Below, in pieces: positions 26,986 through 40,311 of a stretch of 64,000 nucleotides of DNA (position 1 is its first letter; every line of letters starts with the position of its first letter). The stretch is from Raillietiella orientalis (taxonomy: Eukaryota): the NCBI GenBank assembly GCA_036172245.1, contig JAYWIR010000051.1, positions 558,001 through 622,000 of the forward strand. Reading direction: 5' to 3'. The notes beneath the pieces are model-generated. The model did no database searches, had not been told where the DNA came from, and saw nothing but the letters and a program-made list of their open reading frames with translations. The translations under genes and the position numbers were made by a program.

Positions 26986-29900
26986 ATGAAAATGGAAACT
27001 ATTATGAATGAAAAGAAATGTAAAAGTTGGAAGAAACAGAGAGTAGATCGATGTTTGAAATCTCAGACACAGCAAGATTGTGTGGAAAGTGACTCATGTG
27101 ACTGTCAGCAGGTTTCTGATAATCCTGCAGATCCAGTGAATGTGACAGACAAACCTGTCACTATGGATGACCAGCACAATAAAATGGAAGAAAAAACCTG
27201 TAATTCACGTGAGGAAGAATTGGTAAGCAATTTTGAAAGGTTTTCTATTTTATTATTCCGTTTAAATCACTTGGTATGCTTGGATGAAAATTGTGCTTGG
27301 AGAGGATTTGATTGATATGGTTTTTTGAGGAATTAAAGGCATGATTAATTGCATCATTAATTGACATGTTTTTGTAAACACTTCAGTAATGGCTGGTCAT
27401 ATGACTTGGAAATAAAATAAAAACTTGGAAATAAAATAAACAAAGATTTCTGATATTTGTGTTGGACTAAATGTTCATTTTGAACGATTGAACAAATTTG
27501 CGGAGTATTTGAAGAAATGGGATTTACTTGTTTGTGAATTTTTTGATCATGATAATGCAGATTACAGTATTTCAGGGTATTTTCACACTTAAGTTGCCAG
27601 AATTGTGTTTATTTTCAGTAAGACTGTTTAAAGTAATTGTACTTTCATAAAGGACCTTTAACTTTTTTTAAACATTACAGCTTATTTCCCTATGTGTGTT
27701 TGGGAATTGTTTTCAAATGCACACAAGGGATTTTGAAAATTTGATACCATTTTTTTCCTACTCTCTCAGTGGTATTGAGAAAAGGATTCTTCATATATTA
27801 TTTTCTGTATGCCACCTCTTGCTTTTCTTTGCTGTGATGGATTATATTTTCTTGATACATTTACAGTTTTTAAATTTTATTGGTCTTTAGTGATCAAATT
27901 TTCTTTAAATTTAGGATTATCAGTTTGGAAAAGTTGGGATAACAGTCACATTAGTGATTGTTTTTTTTTTATAATAGCATCTATTGGCACAAAGTTCATT
28001 GTCATTTTTTATCTTGAAAGTAGTTGAAAGCTTGCTGCTCCCGCCATGTTTATCTTTCCTTTTTTTATTATCCAGCTTTACTTTCCAACTTCGTGTATAA
28101 ATCTATGGTTTAGAGTTTAAATGAAATTTGGATGTTTGTTCAGAGTTCAGTTTGAAACTTACAATATTCTCTTTGTTTTTCCATGTTATTCTCTATATTC
28201 ATAATTCATTTCTGTTTGTGCATTTTTTTTCTACTTTTTTTGTTTTTTTGATGCTCTTCCAATTCTGTATCATTCATTGAGTAAGCATTTTTTACTTTAT
28301 GTGGGTTTTTTGAAGTGGTTGACTTTTGTGTTCTGAAAATAATGACAGTTGCTTTTCTCTTGTTTTCCCCAAAAGCTTTTTAGCTTCAGGACGTAATTGA
28401 TGTGTGTTGTGACCTCACTTTAAGCAGTATGGGATTTTATGTTATTGTCAAAATTGTTTCAAAGTATTTTTGTTTTTATATTAAAATCTTTGCTTTGAAC
28501 TGAAAAGTAATTATGCTCTATGAAGTTTCCTGTGAGTTTCCTTCAGTCAAAGAATGTAGCACAGCAGAAATTTTAGTCATATTAAAACAGCATTGAACTT
28601 TTACGTGGGCTTTTCGTTTATTTTTCTTTGTTTTCTTATTTCTCGGTAAATTTTTTTCTGAGGATTCTCATTGATGAAGCGGTTGCTGTGAATGTGTTAA
28701 CATTCAAATTTTCTGTCAGCATCTCTGGAAAACATGCCAACTTAAAATCATATATTGTTGTGTGGTCTTGAATAATTTTTCTTTGGTGCATCATTTTTGA
28801 TTAAGAGTCTTCAGGTCCTTTCTAATCAGGATACCAAGGAAGGTCAGTGATGTAAGTTAGGATGCATTCTAATATGTGGACAATTTGTAATGGCATTTGA
28901 AAGAATGGAAGGACATGTTCCAAATGTCTATAAGTTTGGAGTACTGTAAGTTCTATCACAATTAACCAAGGTTATGTTGTTGCACTACTGAATAAACTTA
29001 GCATTCCAAATGAAGACTTGAACAATCAGTAATCTAATGTATGGTGAAATTCCCTTTGCAGGCATGTGCAAAAATTTAATTACAGCAGGTTAAAGAATTT
29101 AATGCAGCTAGTACATTCAACATATATCAATCATATTGTTGGGTCTTGAATAATTTTTCTTTTTCTGTCATTTTTGGTTGAGAGTCTTCAGGTCAGGTGG
29201 AGATATGTAATGAAAGAGTTTATATGAAAAAAAATTGCATTCTGCAGTATTTGATGAAATATTTATAATGGTTAGATCAGTGTCTTCTGAAAGTAGTACT
29301 AGGCTTTTCGGATGTCAAACTGTTCTTGTACATTGAGCAAAAAGGAATTCATGCAGTTTTGTGGAATGGTTACCATGCTGATCTGACTGATTCAGGTAAC
29401 AAAAAGTTACCAATATTCAGATCAAAACAATCACCGAAATTTTCAAACACATTATGGTTTTAATTCTGAACCTTCAAGACATGATGTATTGATAACTGCT
29501 ATGGACTTTTAAGGAGTTAGTTTAGGAGTTCAAAAAGAATAACTAATCGGAAAACACTTGATTTTCTTAAAGATGTATTAAAGGAAAGGCAAAAGAATTT
29601 GAATGAAAAGAATGTCCATGAAGGATTTTTTTTATCAAAGTATATTTTAAATCAAGTGCAGCAAAGAAGAAATGTAAAACGAAGACTGTTTTTGCTAATT
29701 ACTGAATTTTTCGGGACTCGGATGCTTAAATAGTGATCATATTCAGATGATTTCTTTGATATTTGCATAGATAGCTGTTTTCAAAACAGCAACAGTAATT
29801 GAATGATGTTTTCTATGGATTAACAGTGAATGAGTAATTTAATTAAAAATCACACCATTAATTTAATGTTTTAAGTATATGTTTCCAATAGATGTATTTT

Positions 29901-32900
29901 GATACAGTGAGTTCTGGTATTGTTCATATGTCAGTTTCAGAAGTATTTCTATTTTATTACCGGTGTTGCAATAGTTTACAAACATGCAAGGGGGAATTGA
30001 GACTTAAGCTATATAACACCAATGCTTGTTGTGGTTGGTATGTGTGATGGTTATGGTTATAGTAAATCAGTATTAAGTGGTTAAAAAATGGTATATGGTT
30101 GTAATGGATGGCTTTGACATTTTTTTCCTTCTGATTAACAGTGTAAGCATTTAAAGTAATGCTTTAAATGAAAAAAGGAAAGGAGAAAGAAATGGAGAAA
30201 GTCATTGTCTTTTACAGATGTATTGCATTGATGGTAGTAGAAATTATCTTTTAAAAATGTTAATAAAAAATGGTGCTGATACTTTGTTAGATTTTTTGCA
30301 AGTTTACCAAAATGGCTTCAATCATTTTGATGTTAAATGCATTTCAGGAGTGTCTACTCAACTATATTCGCGAGACTGAAGCCCGGCTTACAGCAAGAAG
30401 AGAAATTCGTGCTATCAATCAGATTGCACCTCACAATCGTCCAGAGGAGGCGAATTATACGAAGTTGGATTCAAGTCTTAAAAAAAATACAGCATTTGTT
30501 CGAAGATTGGTAAAATAAGTTTCATAAAGCATTTTTTGTTATGAATGTAATTGTTTTTGTTTTAGCGCAATATGACAGATGCCCAGAAGGATTCAATTAT
30601 CAAAGACATGGACAGTCTGAATTTGAGCAAATATATCAGTGAAGTTGCGACTGCAATCATTGAATCCAAGCTGAAAATGTCAGATATTTCCACAGCAGTT
30701 CATATTTGTTCCTTACTTCATCAAAAGTATGCAGAATTTGCACAGCATCTTTTAGATGGGTGGCAGAAAGTTTTGAACTTACGAAAAGATGAAAAAGTAA
30801 GAAAGTTTTCATGAAACACTAAATCAGTCATCGAATTTGAAAGATCGTTAATCCGAGCAAACTGCGAGTTGATGTACGATTTTATGCAGAATTGATTGCA
30901 GCCGGTATTTTTAGCCACAAGGAAGGCTTACCAATTTTAGGCAATTTGCTAACCACTTTAGTTCATATGGATAAAGATGACCATAACAATTTAAGCATAG
31001 TATTGAGTTTTTGCAAGCACTGTGGAGAAGATTATGCAGGTACTTGTGACTGGGTGTTAGAAATAATGACCCAGCTTTAGCATGCTGGGTTCCTTGATAC
31101 AGGATTCATTGTGGATTGCTATAGGCCTTCTACCTAAACGAATGCAGATGCTATCTGCCAAATACCAAATGGAGATTCCACAGAGTGACTTGCTTTCACC
31201 AGAGAAGAAGAAAAACGTCCGTTTACTGCTGAAAGAGTACTATTCCACTTTGTTAAGACATCTTTTGAAAGTAATATTAGTGATTTAATCTATAATGTTC
31301 ATTATTATGTTAAAAGGATTACAAAGAATTAAAAAATTATGAAAGACAAAATCGTCGCATTTTACAAACCAAAGGAGAATTAACCCAAGAAAGACAAGAA
31401 AAGATTGAAGCACTGAATTCGACTTTCCAGAAATTGACCTGTAATGCACAGCAGTTTGCAGAGATCCTTGGTGAAGAGCTGCCACAGTTTCCTAAAGAAG
31501 GTCAGAGTTCACATATAAATATTAAATTCATGCTTTGTATATATGTAGAAACTTGTGACACTGCTGATGCAGGTGTAATTTTGAGAGTAGGTGAAGAATA
31601 CAATTTAAATGAGAAAGGTGACATCTTCTTGTTCTGGGAAGATGAAGATACCAGAACCTTTTATGAAAACCTTCCTGACTTGAAAGCCATCATCCCAAGC
31701 ATCCTGTACAGAGACAGTGCTCAAGCAGTCATCAATTCAGTTGAAGTAAGTATATTTTGCTCTATGCACTCATATGTCATCCAAAGTCAGGTTCAGTAGA
31801 AGAAGTTGAGGAAAATGACTTAGAAGAAGTTGAACTTCCAGAAAAAGAATTAAACGAGAAGAAACTAGCAGAAGAGGAGATTCTTCCCCCTGAACTGGAA
31901 GGTTCGATCGAAAATTTTTTCTAATATTTTTCCAATCGAATTTTCCAGATGAACCTGAGGAGTGTGAACAGTCAAGTAGTTCCGTGAATAAAATGCTATT
32001 GGATGCATTCCTCAATTCACTTCCGACCTGTGTAAACCGAGAAATGATTGATAATGCAGCTACCGAATTCTGCATGACCCTGAACACCAAAGCAAATCGG
32101 AGAAAATTAGTAAAGTAAATCTTAACCTTTTCCATTTATCGATGTAAATTAAGTGTATTTAATCCGGAAAATGTTAAAAATTTGTTTTAATTTCAAGGAC
32201 ATCGTAAATCACAAAAGTTTATAGTTAGAAAGCACTCTTTGTTTGTATGTAATACAGGTTTAAGAAGGAAGGTGCAAAAAAAAATTGAAGTTGCCATTTG
32301 TTTTTTTCATATTTTTTTAACAATTGAAGAATTTACACATTGTATGAAACAGCGTATAAGCTGTTTCTGCGTAAATGGTCATATTATTATTGTTATTCAT
32401 CAAGAGTTTAGATTAAAAGGAGTATTACACTATGTACTTATTTTGGGTTGCCTGTTACACCCATTAATGTTACGTTGATGTTTATATTATTTCACTGAGA
32501 TGATAAATATTTCCAAGAATATTATAGCGATAAGTGAATCAAAGAATTCAGATATGGATGTGGTGTTACGTGACTCAGTGTTGTGCAGATAGTTGTGGAT
32601 GAATTTGTTTGCAATTTATCAAAGGAAGAGGTACATAGAAATTGCAAAACCCAATTAAGTTGGTAGCATTTAGTGATTACTTGGGTTTGAGTGGAATTAG
32701 AATCGTGCATTCTGTTGAGTTTTGAATAATTAATTCCAATTCAGTATAATTATAGAATATGTGAGAGAAGGTCTGTAATAATGAACAATTACATAATAAT
32801 AATGTAAGAATCAAATAGAATTATAATGTATCAGACAATGAAGAAAACATTTTTATCAGCATCAAGTAACTTCTCCAAATGCTGTCAAGTAAACATTTGT

Positions 32901-35900
32901 TTGGTTTTTTAAAATCAGATGCACATGTGCCAAAAATAGGAGTTTGATGTACACTCAGTGCCTCCTTTGGTTTTACACGGATCATGGTTTTTGGAATTAA
33001 TTGTGTGTTGGTAAAATTTTTGGGAAGATAAAAAAAGACGGAAGTTAAGCTTCATGATGTTTCTAATGATTGGCATTCTAATCACATGTGATGTTGTTTG
33101 AAGCATGTTCTTTTGTTGAAAAATAACATGAGTTAGTTAATGATTAGCTGTGAAAAAATGTGGAAGTAAAAAATTGAAAAATGGATGCCCCATGTTTACT
33201 ACCAAACATGTATCCCTCGAATTTGCGAAATTATGCATTGCTTTAAATGCTGTAATTTAAATTTCTTTGAATGCTAAAATTTTAAAGTAATTATGCATTA
33301 CTTTAAATGGTTTGTTTATTGACTAGTTCGTTAAATTCACCATTTGCTATATCATAAAATAGGTATAGGTATAAAATAGATATAAGGGGTAGGGTATATA
33401 ATTATGACACATCACGTATGTTGTGGAACTTGCTACTGTGTAAAACTGAGAACCTTATTTCACTTCTGAAAGCTATCGAATCATGTTTTACGTGAATTTA
33501 TTGTTTTCTGCATTAACTAAACTTTGAATTAATTGAATTCTCTCCCTGCCATTTGTAAATATCTTTGCATAAATGATTTGTTTGTAAACATAAATCTTGT
33601 AGTTATGCATAATGAGTATTCGTCATCAGCTCATAACTAAATATTTCGCAGGGTGCTTTTCTTGGTTCCTCGTACCAGACTCGATTTATTGCCCTTCTAT
33701 GCTCGACTTGTAGCTACACTGTATCCATGCATGCCAGATGTGGCCAATGATTTATGTCTGATGTTAAAACAAGATTTCCGTTATCAAGTGTGGAAAAAGG
33801 TAAGTGTAAGTGTACATAGTGCAAGCAGTAAATAAATTATCATGTTCTAGGATCAAATTAACATTGAATCAAAGATCAAAGTGTGCCGTTTTATTGGCGA
33901 GATGGTCAAATTCCAAATGTTCTCCAAGGCTGATGCGCTTTCTTGTTTAAAACAGTTACTTTTTGATTTTAGCCACCATCACATTGAGATGGCCTGCAAT
34001 TTACTTGAAAGTTGTGGTCGGTTTTTATTTAGAAGTTTGGATTCTCATCAGAGGACAAAAATATATCTGGTATGTATTCTCTGTTCTATATTTATTATCG
34101 TGTATGTACGTGTATATTGGCATATGCATAACATTTTTAACCTTTTGCAGGAACAAATGATGCGAAAGAAGATGGCAACAGCCATGGACCTTAGATATTC
34201 AATGATGATCGAAAATGCATATTATTATTGCAATCCTCCAGATGTCCCATTGCAAGCAGCACGCAAAGAGCGTCCTCCAATGCATGAATATATTCGCAGA
34301 CTACTTTATAAAGAGCTTAATAAAAATACAACAGAGAAAGTTCTACGCCTAATTCGTAAAATGAAATGGGATGATGATGATATTGCATCTTATATTTCCA
34401 AATGTCTGATTGGTGTGTGGAATGTAAAATATTATAACATTCGGTGCTTAGCAAACTTGTTAGCAGGACTTGCTATTTATCAGGTAACCCATTAATTGTT
34501 ATTGGATAGCTTACAGATTTTTAGGAAACGGCCTGTTTGCAAGTTGTGGATGGCGTGTTGGAAAATATCAGGCTTGGAATGGAAATCAATCAACCTAAGT
34601 ATAATCAGCATCGTGTGAGTACAGTCAAATATTTGGGTGAGCTGTACAATTATAGAATGGTGGAAAGCTCAGTCATTTTCAAGGTATGTGTTGTGTCCTT
34701 TAAAATATTTTCATGTATTCTTTTTACATTAATTTCTGGCTTCTAACTTGAAACTTATTACATTGAATACTATCATTTGTTAATCATGCCAATGTAGTTT
34801 TTGTATCACTAGTAAAAAATTTCGTTGTTTTAAAACCTTTTGATCATTGGGTATTGATTATCTAATCAATATCATCATCAGTATTGATTAGCTTTTGTAA
34901 CAAATGTGTGTTCGAATTTATTAATTTTTTTAAACTTATTTCTTATTGTCAGTAGTAAATGTATTCAATAAATTGTTTTGCCAATGTTCTCAGTGCTTTA
35001 TTTTGTTGAAAATAGCTTTGAGGTAATACAGTTTACAGTGATTTGCTTTTTGAAAAAAATCCTAAACCTCCATTCATGTTGTTTTAAATTTAGGTTCTAT
35101 ATTCATTCGTTACTTTTGGTACCAGTTTCAACAATAATAATGATTTAATAGCTATGGAATTGGATCCTCCTGATAATTTGTTCCGGATCAAGCTAATTTG
35201 TGTACTACTTGATACTTGTGGCCAGTATTTCAATAGTGGCTCAAGCAAAAAAAAACTTGATTGTTTTTTTGTGTACTTTCAGGTATGTGTAAAGTATTGT
35301 TTCTCTGCTTTCTCTAGAGTATTTCTTGACTTCATTTGAACTTTTTCATACTGTTTCTCTTGTGGTGTGAAATACATCAATTTATGCTGCCATAGATTAT
35401 TTTCATGTACCAATTCTGATATTTTAATAAGATTGAATTTGCATTTATTCAAAATTCGTTTTCACATTATACTTTTGGTGCATCAAATGTGTAATTCGCA
35501 AATTACGAATCCCGACAGGTCTTTTACCTAGGGTTCTTGGCATTTAACACTTGAAATGAAACCTGACAGTAAAATGTAAAAATAAACATTGAAATGATTA
35601 AGCGTACTACACAATTCAAGGATTGAAACACATGACTTCCATACAGAGGCAATATACAGCTTGTCAATTATTTTGATTTTATTCTTTCTTGTTTCTCTGT
35701 TCATCTTGTCAATAGCCAGGAAGAACCTTTTAAAAGATTCTGCCGATAATCACTTACAGATAATGTCTCAGAAGTGCATGTCTCAGCATTCACATTTGTT
35801 GTTTTTAAAAAAACAATATTATGGTATGTTTCGCATGTTGTTTCAGGAGCATCTTTTACTAGTTTGCACTTTCAATGTTGCATGTTTGCATCATTGTAAG

Positions 35901-38433
35901 CATCTGCTAAAATTTGGAGCGTATCTCGTTAAAACAATTGCGAAGTGTGGAAGTCTTATATATTGTACATAAAATTTTCACACTTGTGAATTCTCAACTT
36001 CGTAAATCCCCAAGCAGAACATGGTATTAAGTATTCGTTTCCGTAAATTACTACATGATTTCATGCTCAAATAACCAAGCCTCAAAAGCACAACCCCCCA
36101 GGTTTTGTTTTCATATTGTCTAGGTGTTTTTCTGCACTTGATTCTTAAAGTGCTTTCTTGTATCATCTTTCTTGTGTCACTTCCTTGTAATTTGCAATGT
36201 TCTTTGTTTATTCAATTATTTAATCAGGTTCACCAACATGCATTCAAGGTTTTTTTGTTTTTTTAGGTAATCTTCTCGTTTGCATTACTTTTGTTTATAT
36301 GTTTTTAGGAGCATAACACGCAACCAGGTTGCCTTTTTTCCATTTCCAGAGGGTCAGTTGACTTGTCTGCATATATTTGATCCGTGTTGATTTTAAACCT
36401 TTAAATGGTGTTTCTTTGTTGCCTGGTCGTAGTTTGAGCACGAGATTCGCCCCAGGCAATTGCAATTCATCGCAACGTCATATGTAATGTGAATTCATAC
36501 TGGAGTCATTCTTATTGCTTTCAAATTTTCCATCCATTTTGAAAACCTTTCGTAATTTTTTATCGTTACTTATTATCAGCTTTTAATAAATTTTAACAAG
36601 AACTTGACGTTTGTTTTAATAACTCAGTTGTTTCGAGCTGGAGTGCAGAGCGTGTGGTTCTTTTTTATAGTCATACCTGTAAAACAAACCACTTTTATAT
36701 TCCATTTTATTGTTGAGTTCATTACTAAGTTTGTGGAGATTTTCACTGAAGAAGCTCAAGTTTCCTATCGTAGGGTTAAAATTAGGAATCTTCATTTCAA
36801 ATTATTGAAACTCTTTATCAGAGCATCCGTGTCATTTTTACCTTTGTATGCACATCAAACTTTTATTAATGATAAAGCACGTATCATTTTTATATTTGAG
36901 AGTATGTTTAAGATGATTGAGGAAAAAAAATGCATTTAATCAAAAGCAGTTTTTATCCTTGCCTGTGGAAGGTTGGGCAGTCCGTCATTTGATAGTTTTC
37001 AGTGACTGGCTTTGCAAGTTATTGATCCAATGAAAAAATCTTATCAGTGACAAACTTCAGGTTTTCATGTGTCTTGCTTTCACGTATTTGTTTAGAAGTT
37101 TGTAAACACATGAAACACGAGCACAAATTTTCAAATATAGAATAATATTAAATTATAGTTTACCAGTTGTAATTCTGTTGAACCCTTAGATTGCTTGTGA
37201 CTAATACTTGTGAATGGTTTTCTAGAAATATTATTGGATGAAAAAAAAACACTCGTATTTTGAAGAAAATCCATTTCCTGTCTCGGTAGATCATTCCGTG
37301 AGGGATATAATCGCATTACTGAGACCAAAAATGAAATTTGCTACCAGTTTGGAAGAAGCAAATAAAGCAGTCATGGAAATGGAGTTAGAATTAATCGTTA
37401 AAATAAAAGACATATTTCCTTCAATGAAACAGTCACTGAGCAATGGTGATGGACTAGCATCTATAAAAGAAACGGATGAAGGTGAAAAATTTGCTTAAGT
37501 CATCACGTCATCCATCCTGTTAGATGATGCTCTAGATTTGGTTAATAGCGACTTTGATGTAAATACTGAATTGGATGCAGAAGAAGATGGTAGCCAGACA
37601 TTAGAAACTACACTTTGGACTCATGAAGATAACTTATCACAGCAAAGCCCATCTAATGAGGTAAGAATTTTGTGCTGGATCTTTAAAAAGAAGTTGTTTC
37701 ATAGTGCGAGGATGACAATGAATCTCCTGATGACAGAAATGAAAAAGAATTGGAAGAAATGGATCATGATCAAGCTTGGTTATCAAAGCATCTGGAACGA
37801 ATAGCTTGCTCTGAAGATGAAGAGTTCACATCAGCGTTTGAGAAAATGGTCTCAGAGAGTATTCAGGATCGCAACAGAGAAGTGCTGAAACCTAGTCACG
37901 TTGACATATCTGTACCATTTTACATCCGTAGTAATATCAAAAGAAGTTATGGTATGCAAATGTAGGGAAAATGGTTATAACCATATTACTTTTTGTAGAA
38001 CATTTGAGTGAATCAGATGGGAAACATGTTGATAAAATGACATTTGTTCTGATGACCAGAAGAGGTAATAAACAACAGTATAAGAACGTTGCTGTTCCAA
38101 CAGATTCTGAATTGGCCCAAAATTTGCGGCATCGAGAGGAAGTATGTATTTCATATTAGATTAATAATTCCTGTTGGTAATTAAAAGGTGGAACGGCTGG
38201 AGAAACAACATATCAAGAAAGTAACACTTGACATAAACGAAAGACAAGAGGAAGAAGATTATCAGGAAATGCTGTCACAGGTAAGGTTCTCAGAGTTCAC
38301 AAAAAACCAACCAGCATCGTAGATTCAAAAGCCTGCCCTAATTAACGTAAATCGTGAAAGACGCCCAAAGTATCAACATCAGAAAGGTGTGCCAGATGCT
38401 GACTTAATTTTTGGCACCAGAAAAGTAAAATGA
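26986..38433 (+). CDS. UPF2: Regulator of nonsense transcripts 2 (NMD factor), about 20 exons
   Basis: KLDSSLKKNTAFVRRL, LNLSKYISEVA, SFCKHCGED, WEDEDTRTFYENLPDLK, LPTCVNREMID, VPRTRLDLLPFYARLVATL, HHHIEMACNLLESCGRFL, IENAYYYCNPP, YLGELYNYRMVES, LLDTCGQYF, LMTRRGNKQQ match the MIF4G domains and C-terminus of UPF2. The first exon 26986-27222 splices in frame to 30348 (less certain). Stop TGA at 38431-38433. Confidence 0.96.
28746..29194 (+). repeat. Diverged ~70-bp direct repeat in UPF2 intron 1
   Basis: AATCATA..TTGTTG..GGTCTTGAATAATTTTT...GAGTCTTCAGGTC occurs at ~28746-28818 and ~29129-29194. Confidence 0.8.
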
Positions 38434-38875
38434 ATTGACATTCGAGTCCGAATTGACTAATGAGGCAAAGCGAATTGCACCCTGTACGCTTTTGGCAGAG
38501 ATGAGAAGAGGTTGAAATTCTTCGTGATGAAGCATTCTAGCAGCCTAGCCATTCCGATGTCAAAAATAGAATTAAAAGTCTTTCTTTCTTTATTTTTTTT
38601 ATTGTATTTTTACTGCAGGGACTGGACTTTATTATTGTGTCCAGAGTTGGGAATGACAACCCCACAGACCCGAGTCATATCAAAGTTTGATTTCTATACA
38701 TTGATTTTGTGCATGACTGCCTAGGTAGATCATTGGATTTCTTAAAGCTTTTTGAAAAGTTTCTTTCTGAATTCGGATTTCTGATCATTTGGAACATCAA
38801 AGCTGTGCAGCAGAAGACTTGTCTAGTTTTTTTTTTTTTTTTTCTTTCCAAAATGCATACTAACTAAATGAAAAA

Positions 38876-40306
38876 ATGTCCGTCAGTAAGCGGAAAGAAA
38901 TTTATAAATATGAGGCAGCGTGGACTCTTTATAGCATGAACTGGTCAGTGCGTCCAGACAAACGCTTTCGGTAAAGACATTTAGCAAAATATAAGTGGTG
39001 AAAGGAATTTATGCATGCATGGTGCACAAAGATAAAGTTGTCAGATCTTCAGGTGCTCATGTATTAAATTTAACAGCATACACTTTCAGATTAGCTATTG
39101 GAAGTTTTGTCGAGGAGTATAACAACAAAGTGCAAATTATAACACTGGATGAGGAAATCTCCGAGTTTGTTGTCAAAAGTACATTTGACCACCCTTACCC
39201 CACAACAAAGATAATGTGGATTCCAGATAGTGTAAGAGTGCTCCTGAGTTTTCTCATTATGAATCGATTAGAAAGGAAAATATCCAGACTTGCTGGCTAC
39301 TAGTGGAGACTACCTGAGAGTATGGAGAGTTGGGGATCCAGATGCACGCCTGGAATGCCTGCTGAATAATGTAGGGTAACATAGTGGTGGATGTGGTAGC
39401 CTAGTTATTTGTTTAAGAATGCAAGTGATTTGTGAACTATCCAATGTTTGTTTGCATATCATCGAAAACCTAGTTGTGTTTCTTTTATCAGAATAAGAAT
39501 TCTGATTTCTGTGCTCCCCTAACATCTTTTGACTGGAATGAGGTAGAGCCCAATTTGTTGGGAACTTCAAGCATTGATACCACATGCACCATATGGGGTT
39601 TAGAGACAGGCCAGGTAAGCTAACCAGTAAATTGAAAGTAATAGGCTCAGTAGATTCTTGGAAGAGTTGGTGTATCAGGACATGTCAAGACTCAACTAAT
39701 TGCACATGATAAAGAAGTCTATGATATTGCCTTTAGTAGGGCAGGGGGAGGCAAGGATATGTTTGCTTCAGTAGGTCAGTCAGAAAGTAACTTGCACAAG
39801 ATAAACACTTGATGTAGGAGCTGATGGATCCGTGAGGATGTTTGATCTGCGTCACTTGGAGCACTCCACCATCATCTATGAAGACTCGAATCATACACCA
39901 TTATTAAGACTTGCTTGGAACAAACAAGACCCTAATTATTTGGCTACATTTGCTTTGGACGCATATGAGGTAGACCCCATTACCCTTGGTAGCATGTATA
40001 AGAAATTTGTAGGTGATCATTCTGGATGTTCGGGTACCTTGCACACCAGTAGCTCGATTAAATAATCATCGAGCATGTGTCAATGGAATAGCTTGGGCAC
40101 CTCACTCCTCCTGTCACATTTGTACTGCTGCTGATGATCACCAAGCTTTAATATGGGATATTCAGCAGATGCCAAGAGCGATTGAAGATCCTATATTAGC
40201 TTATACTGCTGCAGAAGGTGAAATCAACCAGATTCAGTGGGGAGCTACACAACCTGACTGGATTGCTATTTGTTATAACAACTGTCTGGAAATTCTCAGA
40301 GTGTGA
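38876..40306 (+). CDS. DCAF7: DDB1- and CUL4-associated factor 7 (WDR68), 7 exons
   Basis: [109 protein letters not shown]. Introns 38971-39089, 39232-39271, 39371-39491, 39615-39653, 39775-39817, 39970-40012. Confidence 0.97.
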
Positions 40307-40311
40307 GCAAT

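Noticed and set aside
27405..27440. Tandem duplication ACTTGGAAATAAAATAAA x2 (similar small duplications at ~43089 and ~43582)
   Set aside because: Ordinary slippage duplications with no further structure.
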